Shown here piece after piece: positions 36,975 to 50,157 of a DNA stretch of 64,000 nt. Origin of the DNA: Blepharisma stoltei ATCC 30299. Its lineage: Eukaryota; Protista; Ciliophora. The DNA is taken from positions 70,310 through 134,309 of the forward strand of contig CBFDEM010000026.1 in the NCBI GenBank assembly GCA_965603825.1, written 5' to 3'. The stretch's first letter is position 1. Each line of letters opens with the position of its first letter. The notes under the pieces were generated by a model. The model did no database searches. It was given only the letters and a program-made list of their open reading frames with translations, and was not told the DNA's origin. The translations under genes and the position numbers were made by a program.

Positions 36975-38156
36975 ATGGAGGCGAAATCACTTACTTCTGA
37001 TGTATGAATTGACTTCAGACAGATGGCAAAGAATGCAAAAACTATAGATATCGCAAAACTGATTTGTAAGCAAATTGAAGGTACTGAAAGAGAATTATCT
37101 CCATCAGATATTATCTTGTATGCTAACGGCAGACGGCTTTATCCTAACGAAAAGCGTGATGAAAAGAATTGGCTGCACCTCTCATTTATGTTTGCACCCA
37201 ACGTCCCGATATGGAAAATCCATTACAGAATCAGCTATCTCAAAATAGCTGGGCTGATCAGTTTTCCATTTCCCGAGAGATATACAATTTATGACCTACT
37301 GAATAAGATCATCGAGCGTATTTCTCTTGACAATAATTCAGATTTTAGACAAATTAAATTCAAGTGCTACGATATATTGAGCCCTGATGCTCCATTGCAA
37401 GTAATAAATAATGCTTGCTCGCTAAACATTATATTCAAAAATGATAAAGTTTATACCCTTGCTTATGTACGTGTTTTAATAAGTTTTGATGACGGAAGCT
37501 CAACATGGGTATACATCAAAGGACAATCAAAAATCATAAAATTAAAATGAATTCTAGCCTGCAAAGGTAAAAAGGTCGATCGACTGGTCAAAAACAACAT
37601 GCTTTTAAATGACAATGAAACCATCGAAAATCTAGGCATTAAAGATGGTGATATTATTGAAGCCCAGCATGGAGCCTTAGGTGGGGCTACAAATGCTGGC
37701 TTTATATTTGCCAATCTTTCCCATGAAAAAGAAGTCCATTTGAAATTTGATGAAAATGCTCCAGCCTGAAGAACTGCAAAAAGAGGAATTTCTTTTAAAA
37801 CTAAATGCTACAACCCTGAATGTGAAGCCTCAAGAGAGGGGTTTATTTTAGTCAATAAAGGATTTGGAGTTTTTAATATTGGGGAAACTACGACTGATTT
37901 ATATTGCCCAGTTTGTAAGCGAAAAGCAGCAGATGCAGAAAATTGTGGATTTTTTGACTGCAAATGGAGATTTAGAGGGGTAAAGAGTCATAGAAGTGAC
38001 GAAATTAGCATGCCGATTGAATCTGAAACATGTGAAGCTGGGAGAGATAGCTATACCACTTTTGAAGAGTATGGGGAAAGATGGAATTGGATTAAAGTTG
38101 AAGTTAGAGAAAAAGGAGAAGAATATTGATTGAGTACAAAAAAAGATTGGAATTAA
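36975..38156 (+). CDS. Ubiquitin-like domain protein with a C-terminal Cys-rich domain (393 aa)
   Basis: Open with TGA=W. UBL ending LNDNETIENLGIKDGDIIEAQHGALGG, followed by APA[W]RTAKRG...CYNPEC...GFGVF...CPVC...NCGFFDCKWRFRG. Confidence 0.75.
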
Positions 38157-39674
38157 GTATAATAAATGATTTTTATTATAATAAAATCTATTTGTTATTG
38201 AAAGCTTGATTTTGATGTAAATATATTAAAAACTCATTAACTCATCATTAGATTTAAACGCAATCGAAATTTGACATATAAAAATAATGGTCACAAAAAC
38301 CAACTTGAAATCAGTTGGTTATTTATGGTAATTTTCCAAAGCAAGGCTTAACACACATATTTTACAGAGATCAGAAATCAAAATTCAAAATTGCAAACCT
38401 CTAAACAAAAATGATTCTTTATTCAGCAGCCCTTATGGGCTTTTATTAATTATTAATCAGTCACTTAAGGATCTTTGATTTTTTTTCCTTCCCTTCTCTG
38501 CAGTGCAATCTTTTAGCTTCCTTTCTGGTTTTGCTTTTGGCTTTTCTGTTGTAGCTCTTTTGTTGGCTTCCTGCTAGCTTTGTTGATTTAAAGCTATAGT
38601 ATTTTATCAAGTGACGACAAAACTTCAAAGTGGTCTACCTTGGTAAAATAAGGGCTGCTATAAAAATAAAAGATTGTTTAAAAATAAATAGACATAGGAT
38701 TAATGTATGTAAAATGAAATGTTTTAAAAAATGACTTTAAGAAATTATAGACTAATCGAAGGAGGAACAAAAAACTAATAGACTAAAATAAAAGAAAGCA
38801 TTTTAATTGAAGAAATTTTAAGCCTAAATTGCAAGCAGCTGTTTATTAAATAAAAAATGAACAATTTAGCTTTATGCAATTTGCATTTGTCAAGATACTG
38901 CGATTTAAAGCATATATTAGATTGAAATCTAATAAAATATTGCATCATTTTATCTATTGCCAGATTTCAATTGAATTCAGGAAGCTTTTGTTTCCTATTT
39001 CGATATAAAATCAAAATGAATTAAGAGAATGAGACCATCAAAGTAAGGCATCAATCAAATATTTATTTGATTTTCTCAATATATGCTTCATTTATGCAAC
39101 TGTTTTGATGATAAAAATATAGAGATATCCATCAATAGTAGCCTAATTTACCTTCTAATTATCTTTATAATGATTTCTCATAAATGAAATAATAAACGAG
39201 AATTATTTTCCTATTTCTCTAAAATAGCTTAATTTGCATTCTCATGAAAAATCAAAATCCCAAGGTAAGTGCTTCTATTTCAAGCTTCCTTTTAATTCAG
39301 CGATATAAAAGTGAATTTTTATTTAATATCAGTATTATTAAAACCCTCTACAAATGTTTTCTCTATTCATATTCAAAAAATCTCCTTTAAATTTAGTGAA
39401 ATTAAGTTATTAAATTTATCCAGACTATTCTTTAGCATTTAGAATCAAAATAGTTGCTTAATCACTCTTTTTGAGCTCTCTCATTTTTATTTTCTCGGCT
39501 TTCAACTAAAGCTCTCTTCTCCATTTAATTGGAGCAAGACATAAGCCTTGCAAAATAAAATATTCACATCAATAATCTTTGTTTTTAGCTTTTGCTATCC
39601 CTTTTTGAAGTTGAAAGTGTAGAAGGATTATAATTTAATGTTTGTTAATGGTTGGCTATCATATAAATCAATAA

Positions 39675-42044
39675 ATGGTGTTTCTGTTCCTTCTTATTTC
39701 TTATGCAACTGCCTTAATTCGTCTTCCTTTAGAGGAAAAATCGAGATCATCAAATTTTAATCATTCGAAAACTTGAAAGCTTAGAGGACTTTTGTCTTCA
39801 GCAACCGTGACGAACTATCAAAACGTAGATTCTATTTAGGCTCAATATTATATCGATGCTGAAATTGGAACTCCTCCTCAAAAGTTCTCTTTACTAGTTT
39901 CCTTAAGGACCTCTTGAATTTTGGTGGATTTAAAAAACTGTGCATCGTGCCGAAGCTGAACTAATAAATTTGACCCAGACAATTCCTTAACGCTGAAGAG
40001 AGGAAATAAGTATTTGACCATAGACACTGTGGGCCAGATGAAAGGTAAAATTGGAAACGAAGCAATTCGGATAGGAGACCTTAGTGCAAAATCTCAGGGC
40101 ATTGTTTTAGTCGATGATGAGGATGGAACTGATGATCTAAAGCCAGATGGTATTTTTGGACTTGGTTTTAGCGCAGCTAAAGATGGAGCTACCTCTATTT
40201 TGAATACTTTATATGAGCAGAATGATATTGAGCACTTGCTTTTTTCACTTTATTTAAGTGACTCAAACAGCATTTCTGACTTGCCTGATTATGGCCAATC
40301 AATGCTTATTATAGATGGCTATGATATTTCTAAATATGCAGCAGAATCACAGTTTACATTCCTAAATGTAGCAAATTCTGATGGATTTTGGGAATTGGAT
40401 TCTGATTGTGTTGTTTTTGGCCAAAAAAGCTTTGCAGGAGGGTCTAAAGCAAGAATAAGTCCAGGTACAAGCTACATATTGGGACCAATAGATGCTATCA
40501 GTGGAATTTTAAAGCTATTAGAAGCTAATTATACTTGCTCGGCTGACAATTTAGGACAACTAAATTGTAATTGCAACGAAAATTACCCTGACTTTGTATT
40601 TCAACTAAGTGGAGTTCAATTCAAAATAAAATCAGCTGGGTATTTGCAAAAAGTTGATGAATATTGCCATCCAACTTTTGGCTATTCAACAGTTACCAAT
40701 ACATGGATTTTAGGTGACACTTTTCTCAGAAGATTTTATACACTTTACGACAAAGCCAAGCGCAGCCAATTGTACATCAAGCTCTGTTAATTGCACAAAT
40801 CCAACTAATCTTGTGCCAAACCCCAACCCAGGCAAAATAAATTGCACATCATGCTCAAATTTATCTTATTCTAGCCAAGGCAGCATCAGTGAAAAGGCTT
40901 ACATTGGGTTTGGTGTGCTCATTACATTAGGTGCTTTATTTACAGTAACTATCTTCCTTTTTATTATTACTTATTACTGTGATGCAATCAAGAACACGTT
41001 AAGAGAATGTTGCCCAAAAAAGAATCCTGTTGCTCCTTCTGCAGAAAATTCCAATAATACTTTGAATGCTAGCAATATTCCAGATATGTTTCCTCCAAAT
41101 AGTCCTACTAACTCGGTTTCTGAAAATGAAATAACCCCTCAGGGCATAAAAGAAAAAACAGCTGCGATTTTAAACAGAGTGAATAATCCAGAAACCGAGA
41201 ATGATTTCAGGAGAACTTTTACACGAATATCAGAGAATGCTACTAATGCTGCTAATAATCCAACATATCAAAGTTTTATCAACGCTTAGGATCGGGTTAG
41301 CTCTCTTTATCTTCTTAGAGAAAATAATAAATACGGTAGAACCTCTTTGATTGTTTATGACACTGAAAATGAAATCGAAAAAGAGATAGTGTTAGAAAAT
41401 ACTCCAGAAAAACTGAATAAGTGTACTTGCATTACTTATATACCAGGCGGTAAAATTTTCTGTTTTGGAAATGATCCTGCTTCTGGAGTTACATTGCTAA
41501 TCAATAATAATAATCAAGTTGAAATGCTGCGATCTGGAACACCTTGCAGCAGCTCATCAGCTACCTATTTTAATAATAGCGTGTAACTTTATCTGAGAGA
41601 TTTGACTTGAAAAGTAAAAATTGGCAAAAATTAATGCCATTGCCTAAAGCTGATTATGAATGCCACTGTTTGGAGTTTAATAATAATATTTTGATTGCTG
41701 GTCGTCAAAATCAAAATATTTTGAGATAGTCAATAAAAGATAACAAGTTCGAGCCAATAAATAGCTATTATTTTGAGGGAGGGGTGAGAAAAATCCTGTT
41801 TAATGCAGGTAGCTTATGGTTGATTGAGTGCAGCAAGATGGGGAAGATATATGAAAGTATAAGGGATGATAAGTCTTGGGTAGAAATAACTAATCTTGAT
41901 AAGTTTTTTGGTGATCCTTCACAAGTTTATTGCTCTTATAATAAGGAAGCAATATATATTGGCTGCGGAGGAGAATTTGATGGGTATTATAAGTTTAGCT
42001 TAAGCCAAAAAACAACTTACAAGTTAGAGATCAGTAGATTCTAA
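39675..42044 (+). pseudogene. Inactive pepsin-like ectodomain-TM-Kelch gene (AP1), disrupted
   Basis: Signal peptide, 15-nt intron at 39825-39839, and a pepsin fold near-identical to AP2. Deletion with frameshift near 40750, TAG at 41287 (TAT in AP2), a 34-nt deletion at 41585, and a further TAG near 41727. Confidence 0.85.
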
Positions 42045-42128
42045 TTCTTAAATTTAATCAATTATTTGCTTTAGACAATTTTTTTATTAGATTTTTAATT
42101 TCTCATTTTAGAGAGTTAAGGGTTGCAC

Positions 42129-42295
42129 CCATCCCATTTACCTCATTTTTATTTATAGGGCTTTTATCTTCAGCTGCTGTGAGAAATTTCCTTTAAAGAA
42201 TATTATAGCGAAAAAATTTTGAAGCAAGAAGTAGCACAAGATTAGCCATAATTAAAAGTATTTTATGATAATTATAAGTCAATGAGACTATTTTA
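42129..42295 (+). pseudogene. Internally deleted remnant of an AP3-like pepsin gene
   Basis: ATCCCATTTACCTCATTT...GGGCTTT.ATCTTCA.CTGCTGTGA matches 47686-47737, and 42243-42295 matches the AP3 3' flank at 48984-49035. Confidence 0.6.
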
Positions 42296-43696
42296 ATATA
42301 AATTGACCTTAGCAAATTAAAATGGCAATTATTGAAATTCCAAAAACTTGCTCTATATTTGTTTTTTGATGTACAGCTAATTTTTAAATAATTATTATAG
42401 CATCATTATGATCAATTGACATTGCATTTACAATGCTTTTAGCTATGGAAGATAAATAAAGGGTGCGGTAGCCTCAATCAATCCCATCTCTAATGTGTAT
42501 TTATGTATGGCATAGCCGATTAAGTGAGCTGTCTTTTAGGCAACTTTCTTCACCGATTAATATTATTTCACAAAGTGTTGTCATACCAATAAAATTTTAT
42601 AACATTTGGGACTGATAAAAGCAAATAAAAAGAAATTGAAAAAATCTGAGAAAGGATTATTTAGAAGCAGCAAGGGAAACAAAATTTTCAATTTGATTTA
42701 TCTTAGCATGGCCAAAAAAAAAGACATACAAGACGCTTATATAAAATTAATAAATAATTAGCAAGCAGCATACTTGAAATTATATTCATCTATTCATAGG
42801 ATTATTAATAAAATTGTGCTTAAATTATTTTTGATATTATTTATCTAATTATACTAAATCTCTTTATTCTTTAATTGCATCTTCATCTTCGCTCTCTTTC
42901 TCTTCATATTAATCATGTCTCTTTAGTTATTTAATGATTTCTTTATTCAATACTTGCAAATAATCATCTCTTAGCTGCTTATAGGCGATTTGCTCAAGAT
43001 TTAGATTTAGGGTGCAAATTAATGAATAATGCGCAGAAATAAACCTCTCCAGAAGAATCCACTATTTCAATTGAAAGGGTGCGAAAAGTTATATGAAATA
43101 GCATCAATTTTTGGGTATAATAAAGGAACTGTCTGTATTGGAGCATTAGGACAGTTTATAAAATTAAGAAGAGGAGAAAGAAAAGCAATGCAGCAAATAA
43201 AAATTTGATAGTAATTATTATTAATTTTATGGTTTTATTTGATATATTGGTGGTGCATGAGAAGCTTTTGGGAAGAATATTGAAACATATAAAACATAAT
43301 TTACCCAGATATTTAATATGAAGCAAACATTCAAGAAAATTCTTTTCGTTTTTAAACTATTTACAGTGATTTAATTTATGAAATTAAGTTAATAAATTTA
43401 CTCAAACAATTCTTTAGCATTTAAAATCAAAATAATTGCTTAATCAGTCTTTTTGAGCTCTCTCATTCCCATTTTCTCGACTTTCAACTAAAAGCTCTCT
43501 CTTCTCCATTTAATTGTAGCAAAAATTTTAAACTAAGTAGCCACTCTAGATAAACAGACATAAGCCTTGCAAAAAATCATATTGGCATCAATAATCTTTG
43601 TTTTTAGCTCTTGCTATTCCTTTTTGAAGCTAAAAAAATTGTAGAAGGAATTGTAATTTTCAGTTTGATGATGGCTGTTTATCATATAAATCATAA

Positions 43697-46288
43697 ATGC
43701 TGTTTCTGTTCCTCCTAATTTCTTATTCAACTGCCTTAATTCGTCTTCCTTTGGAGGAAAAATTGAGATCATCAAATTTTCATCATTCGAAAACATCTTG
43801 AAAGCTTAGAGGACTTTTGTCTTCAGCAACCGTGACGAACTATCAAAACGTAGATTCTATTTAGGCTCAATATTATATCGATGCTGAAATTGGAACTCCT
43901 CCTCAAAAGTTTTCTTTACTAGTTTCCTTAAGGACCTCTTGAATTTTGGTGGGTTTAAAAAACTGCGGATCGTGCCGAGGCTGAACTAATAAATTTGACC
44001 CAGACAGTTCCTCAACGCTGAAGAGCGGGAATAAGTATTTGACCGTAGACACTGTGGGCCAGATGAAAGGTAAAATTGGAAACGAAACAATTCGGATAGG
44101 AGACCTTAGTGCAAAATCTCAGGGAATTGTTTTAGTCGATGATGAGTATGGAACTGATGATCTAAAGCCAGATGGTATATTTGGGCTAGGTTTTAGCACT
44201 GCTAAAGATGGAGCTACCTCTATTTTGAATACTGTATTGTCGCAAAATAATATTAAGCACTTGCTTTTTTCACTTTATTTTAGTGACTCAAACAGCATTT
44301 CTGACTTACCTGATTATGGCCAATCAATGCTTATTATAGATGGCTATGATATTTCTAAATATGCAGCAGAATCACAGTTTACATTTCTAAACGCAGCAAA
44401 TTCTGATGGGTATTGGGAATTGGATTCTGATTGTGTTGTTTTTGGCCAAAAAAGTTTTGCAGGAGGGTCTAAAGCAAGAATAAGTCCAGGTACAAGCTAC
44501 GTATTGGGACCAAAAGATACTGTCAATGAAATTTTAAAGCTATTAGAAACTAATTATACTTGCTCAGCTGACAATTTAGGACAACTAAATTGTAATTGCA
44601 ACGAAAATTACCCTGACTTTGTATTTCAACTCAGTGGAGTTCAATTCAAAATAAAATCAGCTGGGTATTTGCAAAAAGTTGATGAATATTGCCATCCAAC
44701 TTTTGGCTATTCAACAGTAACCAATACATGGATTTTAGGTGACACTTTTCTCAGAAGATTTTATACGCTTTATGACATGGAAAACAAAAAAATCGGACTT
44801 GCCACTGTTGGTTCTATATCCCAAATAAGCAAACGGGCATCGTTATGTAGTTCAAACAACTCTGGATCGTCTGGAACTGGCTCCAATTGCAAAAATTCAA
44901 CAGGCTCCACCAATGGTACAAATTCAGGAAACTGCACTAATCCTGTGCCAAACCCAAATCCAGGCACAACCAATTGTACATCAAGCTCTGCTAATTGCAC
45001 AAATCCAAATAATCCTGTACCAAACCCCAACCCAGGCACAATAAATTGCACATCAAGCTCAAATTGTACCAGTTCAAGCCATAGCAGCAGTTCGTTCATT
45101 TCCAGTAATTATTTTGGCTTGACAGCAATTTCATGAACTTTATTATGGAGCTTATATATTATTTGTCACTGGGATACAATTAAGGGCAAGTTCAGAAAAT
45201 GCTGTTCTAAGAATAATACTATTGATGCAGATCCCAATTTTTTTGATGTTGGCCTAACTCCGCCAATTTATGATAGGATTCCTTCAAATAGTCGTACAAA
45301 CTCGGTTTCTGAAAATGAGATAGCCCCTCAGAGCATAAAAGCAAAAACAGCTGCGATTTTAAACAGAGTGAATAATCCAGAAACTGAGGATGATTTCAGA
45401 AGAACTTTTACACGATTATCAGAGAATGCTAGTAATGCTGCTAATAATCCAACATATAAAATTAACTGCCAAAGATTTATTGACGCTTATCATAGGGTCA
45501 GCTCTCTTTATTTTCTTAGAGAAAATAATTTCTACGGTAGAACCTCTTTGGTTATCTATGACACTGAAAATGAAAGAGAAAACGAGATAGTGTTAGAAAA
45601 GACTCCAGAAAACCTGCAGAGCTGTACTTCCATTACTTTTATTCCAGGTGGTAAAATTTTCTGTTTTGGAAATTATCCTGCTTCTGGAGTTACATTGATG
45701 CTCGATGAGCATTATCAAGTCGAAAAGCTGAAATCTGGAACACCTTGCAGCAGCTCATCAGCTACCTATTTTAATAATAACGTGTACTGCTTTGGAGGAA
45801 AAAATGGCAATGATTTGCTAACTTTATCTCAGAGATTTGACTTGAAAAGTAAAAAATGGCGCAAATTAAGACCGTTGCCTAAAGCTGATTATGAATGCCA
45901 CTGTTTGGAGTTTAATGATAATATTTTGATTGCTGGTCGTGAAAATCAAAATATTTTGAGATATTCAATAAAAGATAACAGCTTCGAGACAATAAATAGC
46001 TATTATTTTGAGGGAGGGGTGAGAAAAATCCTGTTTAATGTAAGTAGTTTATGGTTGATTGAGTGCAGAAATAGAGGGAAGATATGTGAAAGCAGGGGAG
46101 ATGAGAACTCTTGGGTAAACATAGCTAATCTTGATGAATATTTTGGTGATCCTTCACAAGTTTATTGCTCTTATAATAAGGAAGCAATATATATTGGTTG
46201 TGGAGCATACGTTGACGGGTATTACAAGTTTAACTTACGCGAAAAAAATATGGAAAAGTTGCAAAAATTAGTTAATACTAAGTCTTAA
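43697..46288 (+). CDS. Inactive pepsin-like ectodomain + Ser/Asn/Cys/Pro stalk + TM + cytoplasmic Kelch propeller (AP2, about 858 aa)
   Basis: Signal peptide, 15-nt intron at 43850-43864, QYYIDAEIGTPPQKF, DGIFGLGF, WILGDTFLRRFYTLYD. TGA=W at 45134 inside the TM continues in frame into Kelch-like repeats (VYCFGG...RFDL..KKW..L.PLP). Confidence 0.88.
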
Positions 46289-46999
46289 ATTTAACCAAAT
46301 ATTTATTTTACTATGCCACATATTTTAATTATTTTTAGGCAATTTTTTATTAGATTTTAATTTCTCATTTTAAGAATTTAAATAATAGCAAATTTTCTGA
46401 TTCTCATGATTTATTTAATATAATAATTATTAAGATTTAAAGATTATTCAATGAAAATTAATATAATTTATCTTTAGCCAGGAAGAATCAAAAGCAATTA
46501 ATGATCATATCATATAATTATATTATGATTCTTGCCATAATCTATTACCGATTGAAAAAAGTTTCTCACTAGGTGATTTAAAAATTTTATTGAAAAATAT
46601 GCATTTCCCAGTAATTCTGCTCACTCTTAAAGGATAGCAAATTGTTTTATATTATCAATAGAATTATGTCAACTGTGCAGCACTATATCTTTATTAATAA
46701 AAAATAACTGCTTTTGATTAAAGAGCTTTTGTCTACTTCCTGTCAAGCATCCGAAGATTTAATAATGAAACTATTAAATTTTTATAAAGAAGTCATCGGC
46801 TTTCAAAATCTCATAAAGCTCAATCCCAAATTAATAATTACCTAAAATAGAAGTAATAACAATTGAATTTAATTAAGCTGTTTATTCCAAACAAAGTATA
46901 TAAACATTTTAAAGTTATTAATCAGATAAACTTTGACTCTTAAGGTGGTGAAAAAAGTAATATTTATTTAGGCAATTAAAAGCATTATGTAATGAAGGT

Positions 47000-47265
47000 T
47001 TGAAATAAGCTATATGAAAACTCTAAAGGCTTTAGGGATATTGAAACGAAGATAAAGTTGCACAAAAGGCGATCTCCTTAAAGCAATAGCTGAAAAGTCA
47101 GGAAATGGGTATTTTGAAGAAGATGAATCTGAAAATATTTTATTCAAGTAGGTTTTGGGTTAGAATACCTCAATTCTAATGAATTATTCGCCTAGATCTC
47201 AGGATGCAAACATTCTTTTGGGTGATAATAACGATGTAAGCATATGGGATTTCTGAATTTCTTGC
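47000..47265 (+). pseudogene. Decayed Ser/Thr kinase (NEK-like) fragment
   Basis: Frameshifted pieces read CTKGDLLKAIAEKSGNGYFEEDE / FIQVGFGLEYLNSN / ANILLGDNNDVSIWDF, corresponding to kinase subdomains V-VII. Confidence 0.55.
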
Positions 47266-47595
47266 AGTTAAAATATCTCGTCTATTCTGGATCGATTCTT
47301 TGTGGTGAGTTTTTTCTCTCTGCACTTTTTCTTAAAATATTAGACCAAATAAATAGGATTATTAAATTGATGTGCTTGCTAAGATATTAAGACTGGAAAA
47401 TATTAGACATATTATCTCTTTGTTTCGAATGATATAATTTTAATTTTTTCTTGCAATAAAGCATTTTAATAGGATTTCCCTTAAGAAAGCATACAAAAAA
47501 TTGTAGAAAGAATTGTTATTAGTAGCTAAACTTACTAGATCAATTTTTCATTGCATCATAATTTTATGAAGAGCTTCAAATATTATAATTAATCA

Positions 47596-48986
47596 ATGAT
47601 TTTTTTACTTATCTTCGTTATTTTTGCAGAAGCTGCTATTCAAATCCCTTTGCATGAAAATTATGAGTCCTTAAGCGATTCATCTATCCCATTTACCTCA
47701 TTTCAATTTAGAGGGCTTTCATCTTCAACTGCTGTGACCAATTTGCAAAATGTGAGCTTTATTTAGAGTCAATATTATATGACAGTAGGCATTGGAACGC
47801 CTCCCAAAATTTTTTCTGTGGGATTATCTCTAGAAACCTCTTGAATTCTCGTAGATCAAAAAGAATGTCTGCAGTGCCGCAGATGGACTTATAAGTTTTA
47901 TTCATTGCAATCTGCAACTTTCAAAAAGACCAATAAGAAATGAAACACAGACAGTGCTTACCAAATGCGGGGAAATGCTGGAAAAGACACAGTCATAATA
48001 GGGAGCTTCAACTCTACATCTCAAGCAGTATTTTTAATAGACAGCGAGCATGGGATGGACAATCTTAAGGCAGATGGAATATTCGGGCTGGGCTTTTCTA
48101 AAGGCCAAGCTGTCTCAATTTTAAAAAGATGATATGACGAAAATTATATTGAAAATATGATTTTTTCTCTTTATTTAAATGACATAAGTGGCATTTCTGG
48201 CTTGCAAGATAAAGGTCAATCAATGCTTATTATAGATGGCCATGATATTTATAAATATGCAGCAGAAGAAGAATTCACTTATATAAGCGTGTTAAACTCC
48301 GATGAGTATTGAGAATTGAGCCTCGATAAAGTCAGTCTAGGTGATTTGACCTTTAATAGTGGCAATAAAGCAAGGATCAGCTCAGGTGAAAAAGGAATCC
48401 TTGGGCCAAAAGAAGCTATTGATGGAATTTTACAACTGCTGCAGAGCAGCGCTAACTGCAATACTGATAGTAATAATCAGCTGACTTGTAATTGCAATGC
48501 AAATTATCCTGATTTATTAATTCAATTAAGTGGAAATGCATTTAGAATCAAGCAAGCTGGGTATCTGCATAAATTAAATAAAGATTGCTCCCTAGTATTT
48601 GGCTACTCAGAAATTGATGATATATGAATTCTAGTGATGCTTTTCTGAGAAGGTTTTATACCCTTTATGATATGAAAAACGCGAAAATCGGCTTTGCTAC
48701 TGTAGGAAATCAGCCACAAATTGAAGTGGGCTCAGTATCTCAAATTGAGGATTCTGATAATAGTAATAGCTCAATGGAAACCTAAAAGTTTGCTATGATT
48801 ATTGCAATACCCACATTCTTTACTATTGTTATCATTATTGCAGCTGTGATTATCTTTATATGCATAAGGAGAAAAAGACATAATCATTCAGATAGTGAAG
48901 CCGAAGAAAAAGCCGAAGAAAAAGCCGAAGAAAAAGATCATAAACATCGCAAGGGACGTCGGAAACAAGAAAAAAATTATGAATAG
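47596..48986 (+). pseudogene. Inactive pepsin-like ectodomain + TM + short charged tail (AP3), disrupted
   Basis: Signal peptide, 15-nt intron at 47752-47766, and a pepsin fold open with TGA=W to 48627. 1-nt deletion in ILGD near 48634; TAA at 48783 where paralogues have Trp (WKL); then TM and an (EEKA)3 tail. Confidence 0.8.
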
Positions 48987-50157
48987 CAATAATTAAAACC
49001 ATTTTATGATAATTATAAGTAATCAAGACTATTTTTATATTATTTTCTATAAATTAAATTTTGGGCGATAATCAAATTCAAATTTTTTTCCTTTTTGCCT
49101 TCCTAGGTTGCATAATTTGAAGCATTTTCGATTATCTCTGGCTCTCAACCCTCAAAAGCAGCCTTTACCCATTCAATAGCACAAAATCTGTCTGGAGTTT
49201 TATATTCCAGCAGCTTCACTTCTTCTATCAATGCTTTCTTCAATGTATTTGCTTTTAATTGTACAAGTCATTTTAAATCCTCTAAAAATGCTTACATCTA
49301 ATTCTTTAGCATATTTAGTGTATTGGCAGGAATAAAATTATCTAGAGCAAGAAGAAGCAATTAAAGCTGTCTTTTCGAGCTCCTTTTCTGCACTGTTCAT
49401 GTGTTGTTCTTGCTTATTTTTCCTTATCCATTTTCTAAAATTATCAAGAGATAATGGCTTATCTTTGCAAAATTCAGCAGCTGTTATTAATATACAAGTA
49501 AATTTTTATCGTTTTTTAAGTTATCCAAAGTGCTTGAGAGCTAATAAACTGAATTTTTAGATGGCAATTATGTAAATAGAATTAAGTCTAGCCATCTTTA
49601 TAGTTCAGCACACAGTTTGATCTTTTAAAGAAACTTTAGTTAAGCAAGCTTCCAAATCATAAAAATAGTTTTACTGAGAGAAAATGAAACTCATTGGCCC
49701 AAGGATTTCAGATAATTTGTTTTCGTCTCACAGTCATAATAATACTAATTCAAGAATCTTTAGGCTAAATTGATTTAAATTAAAGTTTTTGTATTAAGTC
49801 ATTTCTTCATTGAGTTAATTCAATCTTGATTGGTGTTTTTTAGTTATTCCTTGGATTTAGCATATCTATGGTGCTATAGCTCACCATAAGCAGTGGATAA
49901 CTTTTAATTCAAAGAGGGAAATAAGCATCTTAATTGATCAATTTTTATATTTTTAAAGGCAGTCTCGCAGTTGACTATAATGTCCTTTGCCAATTTTTAT
50001 TTCTCAATCTTACCTTATAAAAAAAGATAATCAGACCTTTTCTAGCATTTTCTAAAGTACCTTAAGCCTCATAGAAAATGTAGAAACAATAGGTATTAGC
50101 TAATAAATTTCCTTTACTTAGAAAGAAATTTTATAGAATAATCATTATAATAATTAA

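Noticed and set aside
41287-48785. Context-dependent readthrough of TAA/TAG as in Condylostoma
   Set aside because: In-frame TAA/TAG occur only in copies that also carry frameshifts, or inside 15-nt introns; intact genes have none.
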